This document shows positions 49,138-63,139 of a stretch of DNA of 64,000 nt, in pieces. The number at the start of each line of letters is the position of its first letter. Within the stretch, counting starts at the first letter, position 1. The stretch spans positions 73,532,001 to 73,596,000 of the forward strand of contig OX597831.1 in NCBI GenBank assembly GCA_951406725.2, written 5' to 3'. The DNA comes from Octopus vulgaris (lineage: Eukaryota). Made by a program: the position numbers and the translations under genes. A model generated the notes under the pieces. The model was not told where the DNA came from. It did no database searches and saw only the letters and a program-made list of their open reading frames with translations.

Positions 49138-49469
49138 ACCCCTCAGTGAAATTGATAATCTAGGATTAAGGGTCTGGAACCAAGGATAGTGGGAAATTTG
49201 TTCTATACCCATGTCATAAGTGTCTGTGTGTCTTGCTTGCGAAAGGGTTAAGTTTCCTGCAACTATTATTAATAACTTTTCAGTATCCAAGCCTTCATGG
49301 CACATGTTTACTCATCAGGAATATTATGAAGGCACTTTCTTTACGCCTGACTTAAATAAACAGGAATGTGTTAATGTTTAAATCTAATACCATGAGCTAA
49401 ACCCCTAAAAACCCTCCTCAGTGAAGTTAACAGATAAGAAGACAGTATCTAACAAAAAAAGTAAATATA

Positions 49470-49872
49470 GGCGTAGGAGTGGCTGTGTGGTAAGTAGCTT
49501 GCTAACCAACCACATGGTTCCGGGTTCAGGCCCACTGCGTGACATCTTGGGCAAGTGTCTTCTACTATAGCCCCGGGCCGACCAAAGCTTTGTGAGTGGA
49601 TTTGGTAGACGGAAACTGAAAGAAGCCCGTCGTATATATGTATATATATATGCGTGGGTATGTTTGTGTATCTGTGTTTGTCCCCCTAGCATTGCTTGAC
49701 AACCGATGCTAGTGTGTTTACATCTCTGTCACTTAGCGGTTCGGCAAAAGAGATCGATAGAATAAGTACTGGGCTTACAAAAGAATAAGTCCCGGGATCG
49801 AGTTACTCGACTAAAGGCGGTGCTCCAGCATGGCCGCAGTCAAAAGACTGAAACAAGTAAAAGAGTAAAGAG
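49470..49872 (+). mobile_element. SINE family 1, full length
   Basis: Near-consensus copy. Confidence 0.92.
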
Positions 49873-50017
49873 TATGTGCCCTTCATGGTTTCAAGAGAGG
49901 GTCTAGAGGAGGTTCATTGCTTAAGGGGTTAGAACATGGCAGTAGATGGTCTTTTAAACATTTGTTGTACATTCGTCTTCTAATGAGTTGGAAGAATGTC
50001 TCCAAATTCCTGACATA

Positions 50018-50235
50018 CTCTCTTTCTCTTTTGCTTGTTTCTGTCATTTGACTGCGGCCATGCTGGAGCACCGCCTTTAGTCGAGCAACTCGACCCCGGG
50101 ACTTATTCTTTTGTAAGCCCATTACTTATTCTATCAGTCTCTTTTGCCAAACCGCTAAGTGACGAGGACGTAAACAAACCAGCATCGGTTGTCAAGCAAT
50201 GCTAGGGGACAAACACAGACACACAAACACACACA

Positions 50236-50273
<38 letters not shown>

Positions 50274-50435
50274 TACGATGGGCTTCTTTCAGTTTCCGTC
50301 TACCAAATCCACTCACAAGGCATTGGTCAGCCCGAGGCTATAGTAGAAGACACTTGCCCAAGGTACCACGCAGTGGGACTGAACCCGGAACCATGTGGTT
50401 GGTAGACAAGCTACTTACCACACAGCCACTCCTGC
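50018..50435 (-). mobile_element. SINE family 1, full length, inverted relative to 49470-49872
   Basis: Near-consensus reverse complement. Confidence 0.92.
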
Positions 50436-52124
50436 TATGTGTGTGGGTCTGTGTTTGTCCCTCCCACCATTGCTTGACAACCGATGTTGGTGTGCTTATG
50501 TCCCAGTAACTTAGTGGTTTGGCAAAAGCGACTGATAGAATAAGTACTAGGATTACAAAGAGTAAGTAATTTCTGGGATTGGTTTGTTTGACAAAGGCAG
50601 TGCTCCAGTATGGTCACAGTCAAATGGTAAAAGAATAATAAAGTGGAGGTAATCTGGTATGAATTTATTCAGAATTGCTATTTTGTGACCCCTCATTCTA
50701 GGATTAAGGGTCTGGAACCAAGGATGGGGGAAAATTCATTCCTTATTCATATTGTAAGTGTCCATGGGTTTTGTGTGTTAAATAACGACAGACTAGAACT
50801 GAAACATACACACACACACACACACACACACGCATACACAAAGTCATCAGTTTTGAAAAACAACGATGTGTGTGTGTGTGTGCATGTGTGTGTGTGTGTG
50901 TGTGTGTGTGCATGTGTGTGTGAGCAAGACACTTCATTTCATGCAGCCCCAGTCTTCTCAGCCGTTATGAGTACCACCCTTCCTCTCTCCTTCAGATTGT
51001 CATACCTTGGAGGTTCCGCTGGATCAGAAGTAGGGAGGAGGTGAGAGGGTGTAGATTTCTACTGGGAAGCCCCATGGGCACCTTAAACGGTTAACAAAAG
51101 CATGATATATACCAGCATGTCATACTGTGACTGATGGTTATGGTGCTCCTACTTGCATGTATATATGTGTGTATGTATGTATGTATAGGTGTGTGTATTA
51201 TAGGTGGTTAGTTGTGTTAATTGTAAAAAAGGAAAAAAAAGAAAGAAAATCCGTTATGCAGTTTATCTTAATTAGGAGAACCTATTTCAGTGGTGTATTG
51301 ATTAAAGATAAATACCTCCCATATAATCATAGAGCAAAATTTGAAGACACCCCAAAGCATGGATACATTTCAATGTGGAACCCCAGCATTGGCAGTACCA
51401 TTTTTATAAACCTCCCATTCCCTGTTCATTATCTTCAATGTCTAGCTACAACTGGAAGCACCATTTCTTGATTGGTCTCAACTATTTCCAGGTCTCCTGC
51501 TAGCAATGCCAATATGGAGTTAATGTTGCTGTGACGTCTAACCATTATTGGAATTGAGAACCCTTGTTAATGAAGAAACTCTTTCAAGTTTCTACAGACT
51601 CCTGGCAACATCCTGTAGTGGTGGTCACAACAACAATACCAACAACCAGCATTTCCACTAACCACTACAAACCACCACTGTTACCACCATCACCACCACC
51701 CTAACAACAACCTTAACTGTAAATACATAACACTCACAACAAACTGGCGACCATCATAAGAGTTACAACACGTATGTGTGTGTGTCAGTATGTGTGTAAA
51801 TGTGGGTGGTTTGGTGAGGGTATAGTTTGAAAGATGAAGTTGGTTTTGCAATTATGAGGTCTTAGGGTCAATCCCAAAGCAAGTATCTTCCCTCAGAGCC
51901 AACTCTTACACATAACTAAAAAAAGAAGAAAAAAATGGTATTTATATATTCCAACTTAGAAATTATAAATATTTTGGATCATTGGAATTTTTAATTAAAC
52001 ACTTCTTCAATAAGTTTAATTTATTAATTGGAAGGTTTATGAAAATAAACAAAAGACGAAGGCAGGTGGTGTACAAACAAATAAATGTATTAGTATGGCG
52101 CCCAGGAATAGAAATAAAACAAGT

Positions 52125-52160
52125 CTTTTACGTTTCGAGCCTACGCTCTTCGACAGAAAG
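52125..52160 (-). ncRNA. Hammerhead-like motif (family H1)
   Basis: Reverse strand: CTTT-CTGTCGA-a-GAGC(GTAG)GCTC-GAAA-CG-TA-AAAG. Confidence 0.6.
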
Positions 52161-52339
52161 ATACACTTCTTTAATAATCAAATTGTTTCTAATTTCAGCA
52201 CAAAGCTAGCAGTTTTGAGGGAAGGTAGTTATTCTTTCTCATTGGCAATACTTGACCACAACTTTATTCTTGGTTTGGGCATTTTTCAGTTTATATCATT
52301 TTTTGTTATCGTGATACTTTTTTATGGGATGGCTGAATA

Positions 52340-52662
52340 TGATGTCGAATAGCCAATTACACACCAAGGCTAACTTGAAACCAATAAGAGAAACTATTTA
52401 AGCAAGGAGATGGAAATGGCTGGGTTTTGCTGCTATAAACCGAACTCAGTTGTCGGGATCCCTTTGCAATGGGTTCCACAAGGTGAAAGAAGCCATGACC
52501 AACCATAGGAAATGTGGCGGAGAACAATAGCAAAAGATCTTAGAAGAAGTAGAGGGTTAACAATGGAACAAACTATCAAAGATGCTTTCAGTGTTGGAAG
52601 ATGGAATGATCTTGGTGTCACCTCGAGTGCCACAAGGCACAATGAGAACTGAGTGAATGAAT
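52340..52662 (+). mobile_element. Degraded RTE LINE 3' end (family R2)
   Basis: Translates ...ARRWKWLG...LQWVPQGERSHDQP*EMWRRTIAKDL...GLT...GRWNDL...ATRHNEN*, then a short TGAR-repeat tail. Confidence 0.75.
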
Positions 52663-52712
52663 AGATTTTCCAGTTTATGAAAAATAATTCCTGTAGAAAG
52701 CATGAAGGAATA

Positions 52713-53213
52713 CAGGGATTCCTCGACTTGCGCAAGTAACTGGGGGACACGCAAGTCGAGTACCAGATATTGTTTTCTATAAATATTTTCCGGGATAACT
52801 GCTAAATATTGTTATATTGAAGAAACACTTGGAGAAAGTATTGAATGAACTTTTTTTCTATTTGAAACCCAAAAAACTTTTATTGGTGACTGCTTTGTAC
52901 GAATACAAATTACAAAAAATAATACAAATTGTTTAATGATTATAAACAGAAAATAGAAAAATTCATAGCAAATAAGCTTACTTATTCAGTTGATCAAACA
53001 TTTTTTTTATAACAAAAAAAAATCATGTTCCAAATTTATTTGCACTCGCATACATTGGTCAGACAAGGCAATGCAGCCATGGAGAATAAATATTTTTACA
53101 ACAAGCGCAAGTTGAGAATACAACTTGTGCAACCTGAACACTCGGTATCAAAAGTTGGCTCGCGCCAGTCGAATTTCACGCAAGTTGAACTCTCGCAAGT
53201 CGGGGAATTCCTA
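52713..53213. mobile_element. Tc1/mariner (Tigger/pogo-like) MITE
   Basis: TA|CAGGGATTCCTCGACTTGCG...CGCAAGTCGGGGAATTCCTA|TA with subterminal CGCAAGT repeats. Confidence 0.8.
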
Positions 53214-53591
53214 TATTTAAAAGAGGCCACTTCCCGAAAAATGTCATCTAATTCTGGCTGTCTTTTAATGGTAGACATGGAATATTTCAACTAGTACCAT
53301 TCAATGGTAAGGGGTATCAAATTAGAGTAACATGAATTGTAGTAGAAGTGAAGGTTAGGGTTAGGGTTATAATGGTGGTGGTGGTGGTGGTGCTAGAATT
53401 AACAGTGGAGGTAGTAGTGATGGTGATGCTAGTAAAAGCTTCAATAGAGGTAATGGTTGATGGTGGTAAGAGTTTGTGCTAGAAATAGCTGTAATTGTAG
53501 TAACTATGATGGTGGTAGTAGTGTTAGTAACAGCTGTAGTCTTGGTGGTAGTTGTGATGATGGTGTTACAACTGTAGTCATAGTGATTGTG

Positions 53592-53622
<31 letters not shown>

Positions 53623-55444
53623 CAGTGATGGTTGTGGTTTTGGTGCTAGTACACAGTAAGCTGTTTTGGCATAACTAGAACAAAGAATTAATAACATCAA
53701 TCTGGCCAATTTCTTCTCTTGTTGTCATAGAACTGCAAACATTATTAAGTTCTGACAATGAAGTTAGAGAATTCTTGCAATCAAGGAAGACACCAAAAAA
53801 TGTCTCACAGGCATTACCATATTGACTGACAGCACCACACCACTAGGGAGGAGAGGGTCTGGTTTTGGAGACCACACTCCCCTCTTCACCTCTGTCCTCT
53901 CCCACATAACTGTGTTCAAGAATAACATGAAATTACCAATAATTGGTTTTACTAGGTCTAAAGAATGTCAGGGGTCCGGTCATCCCACAGAGAGATTGGA
54001 AAGGGGGGAGCCCCCTCCACTCATCTTTGGTAATTTAAATTCCATTACTGATGCTGAAAAAAAGTATTTATCTGTGGATGGCTCAGTCAATCTAGCTGTA
54101 AAATAGGTCCCAGGTGTGTGTGTGTGCGTGTGTTATTTAGTCAGCCCTGATGCAGCAGACTTTTGGTCGGAGGCTTTCCAGCCATGACCATCTTGTTTTA
54201 TATTATTATAAAGAGCATCTGGGATTACATTATCTAATGAGTCATACTCTGTCGATAAGATGGTAGAGTATGATTTGAGGCAGATTTGGCTGTTATTTCT
54301 AGTATGTGGAATGACCACATAAAAACTTCCATAGAAGTGTGTGTGTGTATAGGTGTGGTCGTCATTGGAAGTGATGGCAATTTACTGATACATATAAAGA
54401 TTGCAGGGACAAAACTAGGAAATACCAGGGTTGCCATATTGAGGGCCGGAGGGAGTCCCATCAACAGCCTCTGGCCCCCACACACTGCAATGGTATAATC
54501 TGAGCCACTAATCCAAGATATGAGATGGATTAATGCAACGGATGATTCCAAGTGCTGACTGGTCTTCTACCATCGTCACCTATGTTGGTCACCCATGTTG
54601 GCATTTTGGACTCACCCTTGTTTCTTCTTATCACTCTTAATGTCCAAATCCTCCTGGTCCCTCAACTAACCATGACACCCAGTCCTACTTCCCCTGCAAT
54701 ATTGATCCCCATCTCCCACCGGAATTTACTTTGCTGTTCATCAGTCTTTGACTGGCAATACTTTCAAGAAAGGGAATGGGATTTAAGGGCCTGTGAAGGT
54801 CAAGGGCACACAGCTCCCTTGCTACACACACAATTCAGAAATAAACCTGCCTAATACCACCCCTCTCTTACACACACACACACACTACCTAACACCACTC
54901 CTCTCTCATATTTTACACCTGACACCACACCTCTCTTACACATCATATACTCCTCCTTCTTACTCCTTCACTCTCTCAATGTATAATCCGCCCCCCCCTC
55001 GCCCATCTCTCAGATACACACATCACATTACATACTCTACTCCTAATAAATCGCTACCCCTACCAAACACATACCCTGCAAAGTGCCACACCCTCACACA
55101 TACTCTACCTAATACACCACCATCACACACACACACACACATAGATCATTTCCTCATTACCAACTTCCATACAGAGGCTCCCCCTCCACCACCACCACCA
55201 CCCTCTCACTCACCAATTTTACTTACCATCTCTGCTATATAAATAAGTGTAGGAAAAAAAGGGGGGAGCAGAGGGGGAAGGGGTAGAGGTAGAGAAGCCA
55301 AAAGCTCAGGAGAGAGAGAGAGAGAGAGAGATTGGCAAATGAGGAAGAGAGGTGGATGAAGAAAGGGGAAACATCAGTAAGAGAGTACCACACACACAAA
55401 GGAAATATGTAGAGATAGTAAAGTACTAAGAGAGTACGTGAGGA

Positions 55445-55915
<471 letters not shown>

Positions 55916-56609
55916 AGTGAGTAGGATAAAAAATGGTGTCAGGAAAGGGGATATGGGTGGGTGAAAGGAGAAAATATGGGGTGGTGGTGGTGGTGTTGAG
56001 TGAATGGTAGCAGAAAACAGATGGGGGGAGGCAGAGAGTAATTGAGGAAGTCCCTCCTACCACATTAACATTTCTTTCAGCTCAGAACCCAAATATATAT
56101 AAAAAAAAAAAAACAACAACAAAACCATACCCCCCCAAAAAAAAGAACTAAAATACAACCATATTCAGTTTAACCCTAGAATATCATAGAACAGAGAAAG
56201 TCTTGATGAAATAAGGATGGTGGTGGTGGTGGTGGTGGTGATGGTAGAGGTGTTGACATGGGCAGCGAACAAGGTGGACTTAGTCATGGTGAAACAGTTG
56301 TTGTCCCCGTATTTCTCCAATGCTCTTCTTCCCAACATAAAATGTTTGAGACCCGTGGCTGCTATTTCTGTGGTTGTCTGGAGCTGCCCTCCACCCTCAT
56401 CGCGCCTCCCCCCTGCCGAGAATGGTAGATAAGGGTGTTGTTGTTGTAGTAGTATCTGAAGTGGTAGAGATAGTGTTGTTAGGCTGCTGTTGTAGTAGTG
56501 ATTGGACTGGACTGGCCGCCGGTGGTGGTGGTGGCAGAGATAATACTAGGAGGACAATGATTTACTACTGTTCAGGTGAGAGAGAGAGAGAAAGGAGGGA
56601 GAGAAAGGG

Positions 56610-56645
<36 letters not shown>

Positions 56646-56649
56646 CAGA

Positions 56650-56925
56650 CTCTTTTCTCTTTTGTTTCAGTTATTAGACTGTGGCCATGCTGGGGCTTGA
56701 CACTAATTCTAATGTATTTTTCTTTTGCTGAACCACTAAGTCACAGGGACCTAAAAATACTAACATTGATTGTCAAGTGGTGGTGGGGGACAAACACACA
56801 TACTCTGGGCTTCTTTCAGTTTCCATCTGCCAAATCCACTTGCAAGACCTTGGGCAGCCTGAGGCTATAGTAAAAGACGCTTGCTCAAGGTGTCACACAG
56901 TGGGACTGAACCTGGAACCATGCAG
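56650..56925 (-). mobile_element. SINE family 1, partial and diverged
   Basis: Reverse-complement tail and body. Confidence 0.72.
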
Positions 56926-57168
56926 TTTGCTTTGAATATTGTTTGAAACTGTAAGCTGTATTGAAAGGACCATTACTTCATAAGGAGATAAACAAGGAGA
57001 TTTTGTGATGTTCATGCTTATCTAGAAAACACTGTCAGTGACTATAGTGAATTGAGGTTAGGTGGGAATAGAAAGAAGCTGGAAACTAAGGACCATGGGT
57101 GCCTTTATGCTAGAAATAGCAGCCAGAATCCATTCAATTATACTCTCTGTGTTTATTTTCTCGTGTTC

Positions 57169-57204
57169 CTTTCTGCTGAAGAGCGTAGGCTCGAAACGTA
57201 AAAG
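57169..57204 (+). ncRNA. Hammerhead-like motif (family H1)
   Basis: CTTT-CTGCTGA-a-GAGC(GTAG)GCTC-GAAA-CG-TA-AAAG. Confidence 0.6.
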
Positions 57205-57307
57205 ACTTTCTCATCCTCCTGAGCATCAAACTAATACACCTGATTGTTGTTTGTACACCTGTCTTTGTCTTTTGTTTTTTTTTGTAAATTCCAACTATAC
57301 TCTAAGT

Positions 57308-57642
57308 CAGTGCTATTCGAAGTGGTGGTCCGTGGACTGGTGCCTGTCCACGAACCATCAGCTGCCGGCATGTGGTGAGTTTCCACAAAGCAAAGAAACA
57401 ATAGCATAGTTCCAGTAATTTTGCCCTATACACTACAGGAAGCAACTTCTCAGCTTTTGAAATATTGTATTATTTGTTTACAAAATAAATATAAGATACA
57501 AAAAATTGTCAACTTTTATTATATTCATAACATATATTGTTTCCAGTATAAATTGATATTGCTAAGAAATATTACCGGTTCCTGGCACCATGGAAAAGAA
57601 AAACTGCCGATACCCCCACGCCAGATAATTTGAGAAGCACTG
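57308..57642. mobile_element. hAT (Charlie-like) MITE
   Basis: TIRs CAGTGCTATTCGAA / TTGAGAAGCACTG; 8-bp TSD CTCTAAGT / TTCTAAGT. Confidence 0.88.
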
Positions 57643-58429
57643 TTCTAAGTGAACCCCTCGATATATAAAATAATGACATGATCATCACTAAAATACTTTT
57701 GTCCAATACCTACCTGGGGTTAAACAATATGAACTGACTGTAGAGACAGAGTCTGATTACAATGATTGATAAGGTGGAGGTCATGTTTGGAAAGGAATTA
57801 CTGTAGGTAGCATGATGAGGGTAGAAGTGTGCGAATGTGGCTTATTCAGGATGTTACTGGAATTTCGTGGGTGTGGTTGTGGGTGGTCACTGATATATTG
57901 CCAGTGGTGTGGGTGTGGTTGTATTGACAGTGGTGTGGGTGCCCCATCGTTCTGTTGACATTGTTGTAGTAGCTGTGGGTGTGGCCATGGTTGTATTGAC
58001 AGTTGTGGTTGTTATCAACAAGGTTGTTGTTTATCTCTGGGCCAGTCGAGGACCCAGCAGTTTCATGATCAAATGTGTTCCAGTTGTGACCATCACATCT
58101 TTTTATTCAGACATATTGTATCTAGGTCAACATTAATGTGTTGTCCTTCTTGCTTGAGTGCGATTTGAAAGAGATGTGATGCTATATCTAACAAATTGAT
58201 TGACTGCATAGAGGCTCTCTCGGTGCACCAAGAGTTGTCTGTTTCAAGTTTTTAGTCTTTAGTCTAGTTGTGAGTGATGGGACTGAGAGTGATGGCATTG
58301 AGATGTGTGGTGAATTGCTATATCATCACACTCACTCATCCATCCAATCAGGTTATGATGACGAGGAGGGTCGTGGTGGTGGTATGTGTAGAACATGAGT
58401 ATCTAACATTCATTGTCATCACCATTGCT

Positions 58430-58665
58430 AATACCTATTTCTTTATTACCCACAAGATGCTAAACACAGAGAGGACAAACAAGGACAGACATAGGTATTA
58501 AGTCGATTACATCGACCCCAGTGTGTAACTGGTACTTAATTTATCGACCCCGAAAGGATGAAAGGCAAAGCCGACCTCAGCGGAATTTGAACTCACAACA
58601 TAACGCAGATGAAATACCGCTAAGCATTTCGCCCGGCGTGCTAACGTTTCTGCCAGCTCGCCATT
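58430..58665 (-). mobile_element. SINE family 2, full length
   Basis: Near-consensus; CCATTGCTAATACC duplicated on both flanks. Confidence 0.9.
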
Positions 58666-58964
58666 GCTAATACCATCATCATTAACATCGTTATCAATCA
58701 CCATCAATCAATCAATCACTATCAATCAATCATAAAAATGCCTGAGTTTCATAACTGGTCATGGGTTTGATAGGTCAACCCACCATACATCACTCGTTAT
58801 TGCTAGATGGCATCAGTGATCTTGATGTTGCACCCTGCCTCCTCCCTGGCAAGGGGAAGGGCCAGGGGTGTCTAGCAACCAAGAACCAGGACCCCCCACC
58901 ACATGTCCTCCCTTCCCCAACACAAAGCACACATTCCAATACCTAACACATGGTACCACCACAT

Positions 58965-59003
<39 letters not shown>

Positions 59004-59214
59004 CGTGCATCTACATCAGGGTCGTTATCTCACAGCCACGATAATTCAATTTGATAAAATTTAATCTAAAGACAGTCGTGTATTTTTTAATTAGACCCGG
59101 GGTATAGAGTAAGGGGAAACAGTGATGTAGATCTGGGTATAAATACAGGGTGTATATATAGTTTGGAAACGGAATAGGAGAGGAGACAAGTTTATTTTAA
59201 AAAGAAGGGGAATC

Positions 59215-59275
59215 TGTGTGTGTGTGTGTGTGTATGTGTGTGTGTGTGTGTGTGTGTATGTGTGTGTGTGTGTGT

Positions 59276-59338
<63 letters not shown>

Positions 59339-59388
59339 TGTGTGTGTATGTGTGTGTGTGTGTGTGTATGTGTGTGTGTGTATGTGTG
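59215..59388. repeat. (TG)n microsatellite
   Basis: About 170 bp TG array with TA interruptions. Confidence 0.97.
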
Positions 59389-61134
59389 TTGCCTCCTCCC
59401 ACCCCGCACCTATGCACTTGTGTTGATGTATGTGTGGGTAGGTGTGTATTTTTGGGGGGCGGTGTGTCTATAGACGGTGTGTCTATAGAGGGGGGCTGCC
59501 AGAGTTGAAGTGTAGAACTTTGCGCGCGCGTGTGTGTGTGTGTGTGTGTTTACATATTACTACCAGATGTTGGAAAGATATACCAAAATGGTGTATTGGT
59601 TCACAAAGATATGGATAGGAGAGAGAGAGGGAGAGAGGGGGGGGGATAGGTCAGTTGTGCACTGGTGCTTACCACTACAATAACAACAGCAACTGTGTGT
59701 GTGTGTGTGTTTGTGTGTGTGTGTTACACACACACACACACACACGTGATATTGATGAAAAAGTGTTGTTGATGTCAGTTTCGTTGTGTGGAAGGTGGGT
59801 CTACTGAAGTGGGGAGGGGGTTGGGGAGGGTGCAAACGAGTTGGTGGAGTGCCAACCAAGTGACTATAGGGGGAGGGTGTCCCCGAGGCAAGGACCCCCT
59901 TCATCTGAGCTGGTGAAGGCATTAACTCCAAGCCCTTCTGTTATTGAAACTACAACACGAAGGGAGGCCTCTCTACATGGCAATTTATCTGCTAAAAATA
60001 GCAGCCAAATCTCACTTCACATCCTACTGTCTAAAAGAATAAAGAATGATAAATCAGGCAATGATGTAGCTCTCAGATATACTAAGAAAAGTGTTGGGAT
60101 GGTCATGGTCAGAGAACCTAAACAACAATGTAGGATATATATTTCCCCAGTGTCATACTGATATGGCGGAAAATTGAAAAGCAGGTTGGGGTTAATGACA
60201 GGAAGAGCAACCAGCTGTAAAATAATGTTTCACTAGAATATTTATGTAACCCATGCCAGCATAGAAAAACATGTAAAAACAAGTGTGTAGACATAGCTGT
60301 GTGGTTAAGCAGTTTTCTTCCCAACCATATGGTTCCAGGTTCAGTCCCACGGTACCTTGCACAGGTGCCTTCTATGATAATCGTGGACTGACCAAAGCCT
60401 TGTGAATGGATTTGGCTGACAGAAACTAAAAGAAACCCGTTGTCAGATGGACTGCCTTGTGGTATTTGTCCAGTTTTCTGCATTCTGAGTTTATATCCCT
60501 TTGGGGATCAACATTGCCTTCCATATTTTCAGGGTCATCATCAGGGTTGCATCAAGCTCCATTTGGCAGGGTTTCTATGGCTGGATACCCTTCCTAATGT
60601 CAACCACTTTACAGAGTGTACTTTTTAGGTGGCACCAACACCAGTGCATTTTACGTGGCACCAGCACCAGTGCCATTTACGTGGCACCATCATACTGCAA
60701 AATTGTATGTAGCTGCCATAATTGTGTGGTGTATGCAGAAGAGTTGAAAAATCCTGGAAAACAGTATTTGTAGAATAATTACAGATCAAAACAGGAAATT
60801 GGAAAAATAAACAAGATAAAGTCTTCATGCATTAAGATTTCTTCAAGACTTTCTTCGTCTCCAAAAGGTTATCTTAACTGTCAACATTGATATGGCTTAC
60901 AGTTTAGATGAAGCCAATTCCAAACTACCACAATATTTAGAATGTTCTCACAGCCACAAGTTCTAATATCAACGACAAGCAGAAGTTGGCAGGTAACAGA
61001 ATCGTTGTGCTAGTTATTTAGAGTCTCTTACATTCCAGGTTCAAATCCTGACAAGGTCAACTTTACCTTTCATTTTTTTTTTAGGAATAAAATAAAATAA
61101 AGTTCCAGCTGAGTACTGTGGATGATTTAAATGA

Positions 61135-61207
61135 GCTGAAATAGCGCAGTTGGGAAAGCATTAGACTCAAAATTCAAAGGTCCTTGGTTCAATCCTGGTT
61201 TTCAGCA
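61135..61207 (+). pseudogene. tRNA-Phe pseudogene (anticodon GAA changed to CAA)
   Basis: 73 nt collinear with eukaryotic tRNA-Phe GCCGAAATAGCTCAGTTGGGAGAGCGTTAGACTGAAGATCTAAAGGTCCCTGGTTCGATCCCGGGTTTCGGCA; D, anticodon and T stems contain mismatches. Confidence 0.88.
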
Positions 61208-61321
61208 ATGTGTATGTTCACCTATATATTTTGTCCAACCCATGCCAGCATGGAAAACAGACATTAGCTGAAGATAATCTTTCTCTAAAATATATGGACA
61301 AGTAACAGTATATGGTCACTG

Positions 61322-61532
61322 ACCCCTTTAGCATACAAACTGACCACATCAGGCCCAAATGTCCTACTTGTTTGGTGTTTGCCTCTCACACCTACCCTAC
61401 AATGTCATTCTAAAAATTAACAAGCATGTCAGTGAAACCTCATGGCTACAAGATAATGCAGGATTAATTCTAAGCCATGTGAAAAAAATAAGATTTACAT
61501 TTAACAAAGAAATCTGAATGCTGACCGGGTTA
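61322..61532. mobile_element. TTAA MITE family B, degenerate
   Basis: CCCCTTTAGCAT...GAATGCTGACCGGG|TTAA. Confidence 0.62.
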
Positions 61533-61699
61533 AACACCACAGCTAGTAACAAGGTACTCCTCGCTTAAAGGAGTAACAAGGTACTCCTCGCTTAAAACAT
61601 ACTTTTCTCTAAAATGTACCAAACATTAACAAACAACACATAGCAATGATCCTTTCTGAATAAACCTTCAGAAACTATTAAAACTCCTTCAGATTTTAA

Positions 61700-61920
61700 C
61701 CCTTTCGTTACTGTATTTATTTTGAGATGCTCTGGGTTTCTTTCAATTATTTTGAATATAACAAAGAATTTAGTAAAAGAACTAAGTTGGCATTCAGCTA
61801 GTGTTGGGAACATTAATTGTGACTAAGGTTTGGTGGAAGATTTCAATTCAAAACTTATGAAAACAAGACATTTATACTATAGAGCCAGAGCCGGTTTCAG
61901 CCGGGTTGGTAACGAAAGGG
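61700..61920. mobile_element. piggyBac-type MITE family A
   Basis: TTAA|CCCTTTCGTTAC...GTAACGAAAGGG|TTAA, perfect 12-bp TIR. Confidence 0.93.
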
Positions 61921-62215
61921 TTAAACCAGCAGGTCTCAACCTGGCTCCCAGGACTGCATGCAGCCCTCAAAGGGCTTTCCTCTAGAAATATAAATTTTTA
62001 TGTAATTGATTTGTATTTTTTATTGTTTTGGTGTGCTCCCTAAAAAAAAAAGAAAAAAAAAACAGGTTTTGGAACTGGGGCCTGAATATTAAAAAGGTTG
62101 AGAATCATTACTCAAGAAGCTTCTCACAAAATATTTATTTAATTTCTCATTTTTTCCAATTCTACAAAAGCTTTTAAATTTTTTTCTTTTCTTAATCGAT
62201 TAATTTTATTTATGA

Positions 62216-62420
62216 GATGCAGCACGGATTTTTGTCAGTGAAGAGGTCGCGGTCTTAAAGCGACGAAAATATTTTGACAAATTAAACTTAAATGTTGAAG
62301 TGAATCGAACGGCTTTTGTGTGTTTCTTAAATGGCTTACAAACACCTTCCACGCTGCAATTGTTTTCGTTTCAGCACACGATCTCAGATCAAATCACTTG
62401 CTATGCAAGTACATCTCCGT
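62216..62420 (+). mobile_element. Solo copy of 205-bp hammerhead-bearing element H3
   Basis: Near-identical to 42984-43319; motif at 62231-62281 TTTGTCA-GTGAAGA-g-GTCGC(9 nt)GCGAC-GAAA-ATAT-TT-TGACAAA. Confidence 0.8.
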
Positions 62421-62759
62421 AATTTTATTCTCCCAAAAGTAAAACCTTTACAAACCACAGTATGAAAGAAAGAACACTTTAAGCCGATAATATAAAATAA
62501 ATAATGATTACTTATACATAATAGTTATAAAATATATGTAGATCGGTTATGTATATATAATGATTGTGTATTGAAAATTTATATATTTGATTAAATATGC
62601 AAGAAAATGTAAAATATTTGAACATTCTTACAATTTAGAAATGTGCCCATTCCAGTTAATTGAAAAAAATCTTCAACTATATGTATGTGAGTGTATTTTT
62701 TGTAGGATTAACAACCCACTGTGACATGGTGTGTGTGTGTGTGTGCGTGTTGATGTATA

Positions 62760-63139
62760 TCTCTCTATATATAAAACTGCAGTTGTCTGTGTATGGCAGG
62801 TTTGGTAGCCTTCAACTAACACTATCTCCTCCGATACCCTGCGGCGCAAGTTGACCAAAATTGAGAGTATGATAGAAGGCTTGCTCTTCCTTCTGTAGAA
62901 GAAAAAATTCAAATCGGACCATGTTAACACCAACAATTATTTACATCAAAAAGGTGCTTTTTTTTTCCAGGAAAATCCTTATTTTTTACAATTTTTTTAC
63001 TGCTGTGTTGCCATTTTTCAGTGTATTTCAACCAGAAAAATATTCAGAATAAGGTATATAATGCAAAATTTTTACTTTTCAAAAATTCCAATTCTAAAGG
63101 GTCGAAACAAACCTGAGCAACGCCGGGCGATACTGCTAG
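62760..63139 (+). mobile_element. Non-autonomous Helitron
   Basis: A|TC...TATATATAAAAC 5' end; subterminal GC-rich hairpin CCTGAGCAACGCCGGG; CTAG|T 3' end; no TSD. Confidence 0.8.

Noticed and set aside
53352-53369. Telomeric TTAGGG repeats
   Set aside because: Fewer than three units inside a low-complexity GT-rich tract.
61545-61596. 27-bp direct duplication AGTAACAAGGTACTCCTCGCTTAAA
   Set aside because: Simple two-copy slippage duplication with nothing inserted between the copies.
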